The notes under the pieces: model-generated | Told to the model about the DNA's origin: nothing | The model's input: the letters and a program-made list of their open reading frames with translations, nothing else | Database searches by the model: none | Position numbers and translations under genes: made by a program | Shown here: in pieces, positions 11,001 through 19,100 of the stretch | How the letters are laid out: the number at the start of each line of letters is the position of its first letter | Position numbering within the stretch: the first letter of the stretch is position 1 | Source: Chrysochromulina tobinii | Taxonomy: Eukaryota | Assembly: GCA_001275005.1 (NCBI GenBank) | Contig: JWZX01003406.1 | Location: forward strand, 1-37,669 | DNA length: 37,669 nucleotides | Reading direction: 5' to 3'

Positions 11001-11424
11001 GAACAATAGGCATCAGGGGCGCCGAGCTCGGGTAACGGAGGAGGCTGGGAAGCAGCACAGCGTCCGGCGGCGATACTCGGAGAGCCTCCTCAGCCACTCG
11101 CCATGGGACTTGCTCGCAGACGATTATACTGCGATGAGCCACGCTTATCGACGCGGCGGATGGATACACCGATTCGGAGCGCATCCGCCGCGGTGCAAGC
11201 GCAGGTGGGCTGATCGTGGCTTGCTGTGGAGTGAAGCTGCTGGCGGCTCTTCGGGGGAGCATGGGAGCGCCAGCAGCAGCTCGTTCCGCGTCGCGCAAAA
11301 CCGCAATGGCCTTGGCGTCGACCCTTTGCTCTGAGAGCGTGCGCGCGAGGCTGACGGGCGTGGCGGCGGCCACCTCGAGCTCATCGCTGGGGGTCGGTGC
11401 CCGCCGTGGCTGCATGAATTCCAT
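8020..11424 (-). pseudogene. Disrupted multidomain gene: pseudokinase - RING - RING2/IBR-like - ankyrin repeats - NLRC3-like LRRs
   Basis: Degenerate kinase (LCALHGAGEAHGAVTPAAV; DLRTVGRLLHEL), RING (CLIC..CPEGHLICSPC), CPYC..DGCIAMTCSSCHVAFCWMC, ankyrins (TALMSAAHGGH, SALEYA, TALLVACEHG) and about 11 RI-type LRRs. Five lesions: frameshift at ~10150-10165, in-frame TGA at 9893-9895, 4-bp duplication at 9008-9015, 20-bp deletion at 8985/8986 and 1-bp deletion at ~8473. The last three were judged against intact sister repeats in the same gene. Confidence 0.8.
8105..9070 (-). repeat. Internally duplicated LRR-coding modules: three copies of a ~180-bp two-LRR unit and two copies of a GTYTAEGITAIADAL unit
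   Basis: Near-identical DNA at ~8125-8302, ~8545-8722 and ~8908-9065. CAGGGCGTCAGCGATTGCAGTGATGCCCTCT occurs at 8311 and again at 8440. Confidence 0.85.
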
Positions 11425-11792
11425 GAGTCGAAGATGGCGGTTCTCGTCAAAAAGGTCAGCTACGTGTTGTGTGCGCAATCCGCATCCTATTAACGTTGGT
11501 TTTCTCCTTCACAAGCTCAACGGGCGAGAACGAATCCAAAGGCGCGAGGCATCCGACATGAATGTTATCCACTTGCGTCGTCGTGTCGTTCGGCTGCGCG
11601 TTGAGGATTGAAAGCCATCTTTAATCTGCATCGCTCGCCGTTCCTTCGGCCTCGGGATGGTGACATCGAACGTCGTCGCGCAGGTCACCAATTGCTCAGG
11701 GGCATCAGAGGTGTGCACGACGTCCAAAACTCAACCCTGATCTTGACTGCGCCGAGCGCATTTGCTCTCTCTCTATCCTAAGGAGCGAATGC

Positions 11793-12440
11793 ATGGGCCG
11801 CGTTCTGCAGGTGCCGTGTCCGCTCGTCGGGGCTTCTTCATCTACGATGGGCTCACCTCCGCCTGTGCTTGGCGCTCGGAAAGCCACACACGGGCTTCCC
11901 CAGCCGCTGGCCCTTCTAGCTCTCGACTCCGGTTGGGCCGAGTCTGAGACGGGGAGCAGCTTTTGGTCAACGGGACGTGCGCAGGCACGGCTCGCAGCCG
12001 AGCTTGATGCAGCGAGAGAGCAGCATGTTGATGCCTTCGAGGATGACAAGGGAGGCTGGCAGCGATCACCACCACCATCACCACCACCACATTTCCGGGT
12101 GCTCCCGCCTTCGCCGTCGCCGCTACCATCACCGTCTCCGCCATCGCCGCAGCCGCCCCCGCCATCTCTACGACACCGCGCTCGCCAGCAGGAGCGGCAG
12201 CAGCCTTCACCGTCGCCCCCCATTAAAAATTTTGTGCAACAGGAATTGCAGCAGCCTCCACCGCCACCCCCCAAAAAGGTTGGGTCACCCACTGCTGCAT
12301 CTCCCTCGGAACCTCTCGATTCAGAACAGGTGCCACTACGGCTGCTCGTGCTGCAAATAGTCAACGTCGTCATGAGTGCCACTCTCCTGACGCTCGTGGC
12401 CCTGGGGAGCATCAGCATCGTTGAGGCAGTCCGGTCGTGA
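11793..12440 (+). CDS. Hypothetical Ser/Pro-rich protein with one transmembrane helix; frame stays open past the TGA to a TAA at 12716
   Basis: SPPPSPPP and PSPSPPSPQPPPPS tracts, hydrophobic LLVLQIVNVVMSATLLTLVALGSISIV. No recognised domain. Start is ATG 11793 or 11847. Confidence 0.55.
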   Translation: MGRVLQVPCPLVGASSSTMGSPPPVLGARKATHGLPQPLALLALDSGWAESETGSSFWSTGRAQARLAAELDAAREQHVDAFEDDKGGWQRSPPPSPPPHFRVLPPSPSPLPSPSPPSPQPPPPSLRHRARQQERQQPSPSPPIKNFVQQELQQPPPPPPKKVGSPTAASPSEPLDSEQVPLRLLVLQIVNVVMSATLLTLVALGSISIVEAVRS

Positions 12441-13082
12441 GGGGCCTGTGGGGCATGTTCGTGGCCACCTCGCGCGGCAGCAGACCTCGAGGCCGGAGAG
12501 GGTGGTCGCTCGGTCCTAGCTCGGTCCAGGGCTGCCATCAATGCTGTGATTGTGCATGGCGTTGCTCCCGTGCTCGGCAATGAGGGTGTGCCAACGCTCC
12601 GCTCAACAGCGGCGATCATGCGAGACGCGAGAACTCGGCAGTCCGATGATTTTGTGGAGGCCTGGGCAGACACATGGCGCGCGCCCCGGCCGGGGATGGT
12701 GCCGCAAGCGCTATAAGAAGTTTGTTTCTCTGATACAAACCGCGAAGTAACCCGTCCCACTTGCTTTGCCTATGTAACTTGCCACACTACCCAGGCTTTA
12801 ACCACTGAACCACACAACCACTGCCCGGCGTGCCCGGCGCGAGCGCGACGTCGCGGATGCCCCCGCCCGTGTTTGGAGCTCGACGGACCGCAGAAGCAGC
12901 CTTGAAAGCAGCCTGCACGCTCAGCACACATGGCCATCGGCATCGCATGCGCGCGCCATGGCACGACCGCACTGCGTGGGTAGTGGAGCGTGGTCACCCG
13001 GGCATGTTAGACCATGGATCGCACCGGGTCCGACTACAGCACTGCAGAGCAGTCCGAGGAAGCACTCGTCAGCAGAGCCGAC

Positions 13083-14120
13083 CTAGTCGTTGCTCCGCCC
13101 CATGAGCAGGATGAGAATGCGCGTGAAGATTTGCTTGAAGTCGATGAACAGGTCCACCGCGTGCTTGAGGTGGTCGTCTTCACCCATCTCGTACTCGTCG
13201 ATCATCTTTTGCGTATCGTAAGCGACGTACAGAGTGAAGAGCGTTAGTCCACCGTACATGTGCACGCCGTGCAGCAGCGGATACCACGCCGATGTGACCG
13301 GGACGAACATCGAGGCGATGCCCGCGCCCATCAGCACGAGCACCCCACCACCCAGCGGCACGCCCCAGCGCAGCATCGCTCCACGCGGTGCCAGGAGCGA
13401 GAGCGCAGTCATCGAGCCGAAGAGGGCCGTCGTGATGATGAGCGCCTGCGGCACGATCGCTGGGCTCACCTTGAGTGCCAGCAGTAGCAGCGGCGCGAGC
13501 GCAACGCCCGACAGGCCGGTGAACGCTGCGTACAGTCCCGCACGGAGCGCAAACGAGTGCGTGTGCTTGCTCGTGTACATGAGTCCCACGAGCGGCACCA
13601 ATGCTGCGAGACCAGGGATGATCGGATGCATCGTGGCGAGTGGCGTGGCCATCGCAAAGAGTGAGCCGCCGGCTGCGATACCAATGCCCGCGGCGAGCGT
13701 CGCGTAGACCTTGCGCATGTGTTCGACAACGCCAGTGGACAACGCATCGAACTGTGTTCCCTGTCGCTGCTCGTCACGCCGCGAGCCGTACGAAGGGAAC
13801 GTCGCACCCGGTGCACCTGCAGGCGGTGCGGACTGTTGCTGGGAGAGCCAGTCACTCTTCTGCGGTGGCACCTCCTCCTCAAGTACCTGCGTCCGCTTCT
13901 TCCCAAAGCGCGACTCCTTGCCATACGCAAGCCCACGTCGAGGTGTGCTGCGCATGACCATGTCTGTGGTGCAAGGCAGGGTGGCGCCCTTGACATTGGA
14001 CGGTGCCTTTTGGAAGGTCGCGCACTTAATCTGGTGGAGCGATCGTGAGGGTGCTGCAATGCTTGGAGCGATCGTGAACAGCGGCCGGCGAATGGCGGCG
14101 ATCGACAAACGCGCGAACAT
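13083..14120 (-). CDS. Bax inhibitor-1 (TMBIM) family protein, GHITM/MICS1-like, with probable mitochondrial presequence
   Basis: HMRKVYATL, multiple TM helices, MYGGLTLFTLYVAYDTQKMI, DHLKHAVDLFIDF..IFTRILILL. Arg-rich, acid-free N-terminus MFARLSIAAIRRPLF. Confidence 0.88.
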   Translation of the reverse strand: MFARLSIAAIRRPLFTIAPSIAAPSRSLHQIKCATFQKAPSNVKGATLPCTTDMVMRSTPRRGLAYGKESRFGKKRTQVLEEEVPPQKSDWLSQQQSAPPAGAPGATFPSYGSRRDEQRQGTQFDALSTGVVEHMRKVYATLAAGIGIAAGGSLFAMATPLATMHPIIPGLAALVPLVGLMYTSKHTHSFALRAGLYAAFTGLSGVALAPLLLLALKVSPAIVPQALIITTALFGSMTALSLLAPRGAMLRWGVPLGGGVLVLMGAGIASMFVPVTSAWYPLLHGVHMYGGLTLFTLYVAYDTQKMIDEYEMGEDDHLKHAVDLFIDFKQIFTRILILLMGRSND

Positions 14121-14180
14121 CGTCAAGATCAACTCTAGACGCGCTCAGAAGAAAGTGTGAATGTGAATTAGGCGTTTGTC

Positions 14181-15443
14181 TCACGCCGCTGTGTAAGCCA
14201 TGCAGGCCGTGACCAAAGCTCGCTCCAACTCTGCATTCGCGACGGGAAGAACGTTTGAGCGCGCAGTTCGCCAGCGCCAGCGCACCTGAGGCTCCACGCC
14301 CTTGGAAAGATCGAGCATCTGTCGGCCTCGGCGCCGACCAACGGCAAGCGTATACGCGGTGAATGACACGGCGTGGCCGTCGCTTTGATAGACGACCGCC
14401 TGCGACGAGCCCTTGCCGTAGGTGCACTGGCCCACGACGAGCGCGCCGCCCGACTGCGCGAGGGCACCAGCAAAGACCTCAGCGCTCGACGCCGATGCGC
14501 GGTCCACCAGCACCACATATGGTGGGCGGTTTCGCCTCGCATTCACACCCGGCAGCTCCGAACGGTGGAACCAGCGTCGATGAAAGCTCTTGACCACCCG
14601 AGGTGGCGCCGCCTTACAAAGCGAGAGGATGTGCGCACCTCGAGGCAGTAACATGCGGCACGCGCTTATCGCCTCCGGAAGCAGGCCGCCCTCGTTACCA
14701 CGCAGGTCAAACACGAGCATCTCGTCCTTTGACGTGCTGCGCAACTTGCGCAGGTGCGCCCGCAGCTCCGCCGCAGTGGTTGATCCAAAGCTGGAGATGG
14801 TGACGATATTGCAGCGCATCGCACCGCAGTTGAGGGGACGACACGACACTGTACTGAGCGGCACCATAGTGCGCCTCAGCCTCACCGTACGGATCGCGGC
14901 GCGCTTGCGCAATGTGATAAGCACCTCCTCGCCCTCGGGGCCCATGTCAACGATCTCGAGTGCCTCTTCCCGAGAGGCACCAGCGAGCGGCAGCCCGCAC
15001 ACCTCGAGCACCTCGTCGTCAGCCTGTAGGCCGGCGTGTGCTGCCGCCGAGCCCTCTTCCACTGAGCGCACCACGGAGACTCGTCGCCAGCCATGCCACG
15101 GTCGACCCGACGCCGGCTGCCGAGCAAATCGCATCTCCAGCTTGAGGCCGAGAGACACGCGCCCATGGAAACGCTCACGTGCTGCAACGGCCTGTGACGG
15201 CCGCAGGTGGGTCGCTAGCGGATCGAGCAGCTGCCGCATCGCCCATGAGCAAACGTCAAGAAAGGCTTCCTCGCTGTCGTCCTCACGTAGCCGCTTCTCA
15301 GCATCTTGCTGCAGGTCTTGAAGGCTTCGTATTGGAATATACGCTGGGCCACCGTGGGTGCGGCGCAGTGTGTCAAATAGCTCGCCGAGCCTCTCGTGCG
15401 TCGTAGAGACCGTACATGCGGCGGCTAAGACGACGAACAGCAT
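14181..15443 (-). CDS. Peptidase S41 (CtpA-like C-terminal processing protease) with PDZ domain
   Basis: LDPLATHL, PDZ (GSAAAHAGLQADDEVLEVCG), DLRGNEGGL, catalytic Ser in ASASSAE, catalytic Lys in TYGKGSSQ. Short hydrophobic N-terminus. Confidence 0.88.
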   Translation of the reverse strand: MLFVVLAAACTVSTTHERLGELFDTLRRTHGGPAYIPIRSLQDLQQDAEKRLREDDSEEAFLDVCSWAMRQLLDPLATHLRPSQAVAARERFHGRVSLGLKLEMRFARQPASGRPWHGWRRVSVVRSVEEGSAAAHAGLQADDEVLEVCGLPLAGASREEALEIVDMGPEGEEVLITLRKRAAIRTVRLRRTMVPLSTVSCRPLNCGAMRCNIVTISSFGSTTAAELRAHLRKLRSTSKDEMLVFDLRGNEGGLLPEAISACRMLLPRGAHILSLCKAAPPRVVKSFHRRWFHRSELPGVNARRNRPPYVVLVDRASASSAEVFAGALAQSGGALVVGQCTYGKGSSQAVVYQSDGHAVSFTAYTLAVGRRRGRQMLDLSKGVEPQVRWRWRTARSNVLPVANAELERALVTACMAYTAA

Positions 15444-16294
15444 CGCTCCGCTTCACACGCATGTGCGATGTGGTTCATGTTAATACACACAACACGAAAG
15501 CAGCACAGCCGTGAAGACAAAACAATACAATACAGGCCAGGCCTCAACTGAGACACATGCAGGCAGAGAGCTGAGAAACAGCCTATAAGAGAGGATCGGC
15601 GAGACCCAAATATGAACTCGGGAGGGAGCGCGCCCGCCGACATGGGCGGTGAACCCCCCACATCACAGCCAATTTACAAAGACACCGGGCCGGTGTACAT
15701 AGTAATTCACCTTATGAATGGTTGTGCTCACGGATCTGACTCACACGAGATCATGGCACGAGGCTCCCGACCAACTTCGCTGCTTTTATTTGTACGATTC
15801 GACCTACGAGCTACGATGGTCGTAAGCTTCACCGGCCGCACCACATCAATCATGATATCAGTACGTCGATGCCAATGTCTCATGCGCCACGTCGGGTCCT
15901 CGTGGACGGTGAAGGGCGCCATGTGCCTCGTTGGGGCTGGGGCGGACGACGGATTGTGCAAGTAGCTTGCAAACCGGCCAAACCAGAAACCTCGATGGCT
16001 CGAACGCCCGAAACCCAAACCCGGAAACCGCCCACGCGCTGTGTTGAACGCGCTCGGGCGCCGGGGACTCGCTCGTACACGATTTTAGTCCGGTCTCTCA
16101 GCTCGGCTTGACTGTGTGACGCAGTCACTCCCGGGATCGATACGACCGCGGACCTGCCGTTTTAAAAACGTCACGACTCACGTTCGCCCTTGCAAAGTTG
16201 CATAAATCGGGGGCGCGTCGAACCGCCTCGGCCGGGATCCCCGCCAAGGGGTAGCCGCCGCTGCTCTCGGACTGTACGTAGCCACAGACAACTC

Positions 16295-18571
16295 CTAGAC
16301 CGAGGTAGCCCCTACAACGCCCACTGAGATGTGTTCCTTCGGTATGTGGTACGCGAGGCACGAGCGCTGAGCCTGACCATCCCCTTCGCAGGATGTAGGC
16401 AAGGGCGGTGGCCTCTGCACACCTCGCGATACATTCATGAGGTACGTCTTATGCTTGCGGCAGCCCTCGCGCCCGTGCTTCTTGCACTCGACAAAATATG
16501 GGTTGTCGGTCGTGTCGCAGTGGTCATAGCTGAACGCTAGGAGGTGGGGCAATCTGCTGGCAAGCTCGTGCACCTCTGGCAGCCCACCAAGGCAGCGGCA
16601 CAGGCGGCCGAGATCAGCGGCGTCGATGCTCAGGACTGGCGCAGCCTGGGCAGACTGGCTACCTCGTATAGTCTTCACCGCCTGCTCAAACGTCGAGCCG
16701 CTGGCAATCGTGAGCTGACTCGCCGACCGACTCGCCGCCTCCCCAGCGACAGGCGAGGACACGTGCAAGGTGACAGCGGAGGCGAGCAGCTCTGGCGGCG
16801 CCCGGGGGTTGGTGAAGAAGGAGTGTTCGCGCCACTCAAGCTCGCCAACCATGCTCTGCAGCTCGAAAGCATGGTCGATTGGGCACACAAAGGGCTGCGG
16901 CATCTCCACCTGAGAGCCAATTAAGCAGTGATTGAGGATGGTCCAAAAGCGGTCGAGCATGCACCACAAGGGCGGGAACACGAGCGTGCGCTCAAGGGCC
17001 TTGGCGAGCACGAAAGCGTCCATCAGCCACTGGCGCTGCAGCATCATCAGCTTGAGGTGCGAGCGCACGCAGTGATGCGGGTCAATTGCTTCGGATTGCA
17101 GCAGCTCTGAGCGCATCGGTGTCAACAGTTTCGCGGGCATCGAGGTCAGCCGCAGGAAGCGCCCGTGCCAGTGCTTCTGGGGCGTATCGAGCAACCACAG
17201 GTGCTCGTCGCGAAGGCGCTCGCGCTTGCCGTAGGCGTATGTGGTTCCGTCGCCATACTGGTACGTGGTGTGCACGCACACCGGTGGCACGCCGACGATG
17301 TTGTGCAGCTTTTGCACGAAGAAGGTGTGACCATTCGACACCTCGGCGATCGGGAAGGTGCCGATCGTCACGCTCGCATTCGTGCTCCCGAACCGGCGCT
17401 GGAACAGGAAGAGTGCACGGAGGTTGGGGTCGGAAGAGTCGAAGGCATCCGCTCTCGTTGGCATGCCCACTGGCGCTCTGCCTCCCTTGCTGGTTGACGT
17501 CGCAAGGATGTTGGCTGCCGCATCAGGCAGCCAAGCGGAGCGCGACGCTGCTTCGAACTTGAGATTGTGGAAGGTGCGGGGCCGTAGCACTTCATTGAGC
17601 CAATACTGGTCGTGGTTGGGATTGCCAGCAGCAATGGCCTTCGCCATAGCCTCCTTCCACTCATCCAGCACGGCAAGCGCGCCGGGTGAGTTGCGAAAGA
17701 AGGTCACCCCCGTGTTGAGTTCTGAATGAACGTGCCACTGGTGCTTGTCACTGTCCATGTACTGCTGCACTTGATCCACGGACAGGACGACGTCTGCAAA
17801 GGCGAGCAGTCCACAACTCGGACGCACCGTCGGCTTGGTCGCGTCACCGTAGCGTACGAGCGGCCATGGCGACTGGAGCCACGCAACGTCGACGTCGGAG
17901 ACCATCGCGTCGAGTCCGGTGACGAGCATCTGGCGGATGAAAATTTGCTTGATGAGCCCCATACGCAAGAAGGTGCCGGGCGCATACCGGTAGTACGTCG
18001 TGGCCGCGCGCGACCCCAAACTGTCTGCTCCCAATTTCAACAGAACGTCGTCAGCGATCGTCGCAGCAGGAATGCCCTGCTCGTCGCACAGCGCAGCCAT
18101 CTTGGCATCGAGCGCGCCGACCAGGTAGAGACGCTGGTCCAGCTTGCGCACGTGAGCCACCCAATTGAGAAGGAAATCGGCCATCGAGTGCGAGCCAAAA
18201 GTGAGAAATACGGCGCGTACGCCGCCGTCCGCGCATGAGCTCCACAATCGCTTTGCATGCGCGTTGAGCGAGAGAGGACCAAAGCTCAGCCTGTCCGAGC
18301 TGCAGCCGTCCGATGGTGTCGCAGAACGTGGAAGACTGTGCAACTCCGTCGCGAGTGGCGGACTCTCTCGCTGCGCACTGCCGCCATTCTCGCTGACTCC
18401 GTCTGCGGCAGGGCTCGTGCTACGCTCAGGGGGCGACCACTCTGGCACGGTCGTGGCGTGACGTCGTGCTGCAATCGGTGCGCCTGGCTCGCTGTGGAGT
18501 ATTAGCTGTGCTGTGGTGGCCAATATCAGTGCGACCGCTACTAGCGTCGCACCTGCGCATTTGCCGCGCAT
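16295..18571 (-). CDS. GT77 nucleotide-diphospho-sugar transferase, XEG113-like arabinosyltransferase (type II membrane protein)
   Basis: N-terminal TM, FLLNWVAHV, LVGALD, SDVDVAWL (DxD), LNTG, HDQYWLN, NGHTFFVQ, VHTTYQYG..GKRERLRD, LERTLVFPPLWC..DRFW, PFVCPIDH, REHSFFTNP. Confidence 0.85.
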   Translation of the reverse strand: MRGKCAGATLVAVALILATTAQLILHSEPGAPIAARRHATTVPEWSPPERSTSPAADGVSENGGSAQRESPPLATELHSLPRSATPSDGCSSDRLSFGPLSLNAHAKRLWSSCADGGVRAVFLTFGSHSMADFLLNWVAHVRKLDQRLYLVGALDAKMAALCDEQGIPAATIADDVLLKLGADSLGSRAATTYYRYAPGTFLRMGLIKQIFIRQMLVTGLDAMVSDVDVAWLQSPWPLVRYGDATKPTVRPSCGLLAFADVVLSVDQVQQYMDSDKHQWHVHSELNTGVTFFRNSPGALAVLDEWKEAMAKAIAAGNPNHDQYWLNEVLRPRTFHNLKFEAASRSAWLPDAAANILATSTSKGGRAPVGMPTRADAFDSSDPNLRALFLFQRRFGSTNASVTIGTFPIAEVSNGHTFFVQKLHNIVGVPPVCVHTTYQYGDGTTYAYGKRERLRDEHLWLLDTPQKHWHGRFLRLTSMPAKLLTPMRSELLQSEAIDPHHCVRSHLKLMMLQRQWLMDAFVLAKALERTLVFPPLWCMLDRFWTILNHCLIGSQVEMPQPFVCPIDHAFELQSMVGELEWREHSFFTNPRAPPELLASAVTLHVSSPVAGEAASRSASQLTIASGSTFEQAVKTIRGSQSAQAAPVLSIDAADLGRLCRCLGGLPEVHELASRLPHLLAFSYDHCDTTDNPYFVECKKHGREGCRKHKTYLMNVSRGVQRPPPLPTSCEGDGQAQRSCLAYHIPKEHISVGVVGATSV

Positions 18572-19100
18572 CTCACAAAACGCTTCGTCGGGTTTTGCCA
18601 CGGACTTCGTGATCAAAGACCTTCACAGTCCGGACCCGGCGGCGAGACTCGACTCAGCGGTCAAGCGGTCCGATCGCCATCGCGGCAGATCGGATCGCGC
18701 GGAGACGCTGACAGTCGACACACAACGCATACAACGCACTCAACAGCCAACTCGCATTGTTCGGGCGACCTATACTCGCTACTGGACACACGGGGATTAC
18801 CTACCGTCCCTACCGGGGCGAATCAATCTTCATCCAGATCACGTCCCGAGTTGCACCGCGCAATTCCGATGCCGATGCCTCTTGCTGTGCGCATTTGGCG
18901 AGGTCAGTCGCCTTTTTCCGGGGCTGATCCGGGACCCTGTGAGGATGCTGCCGCACGAGTGAACTCAGCGTGCCACAGGAGGCGGTGCTAGTGGTGCACC
19001 CGGCATGCGAGGAACCTCAGGCGGTGGCGGCGTGGTGGGGGGCGTGGAGAGTGGTCGATTCTTCTTGGATTTTTTCTGCGGTGGCGGCGGAGTATAGTTC

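Noticed and set aside
11509..11727. Upstream exon of the pseudokinase-LRR gene
   Set aside because: No convincing splice pair or recognisable protein motif.
15478..15678. Solo LTR (TGTTAAT...ATTTACA ends, internal TATA)
   Set aside because: No target-site duplication, no second copy in the window and no adjacent PBS/PPT; equally explained as the TG-rich promoter of the S41 gene.
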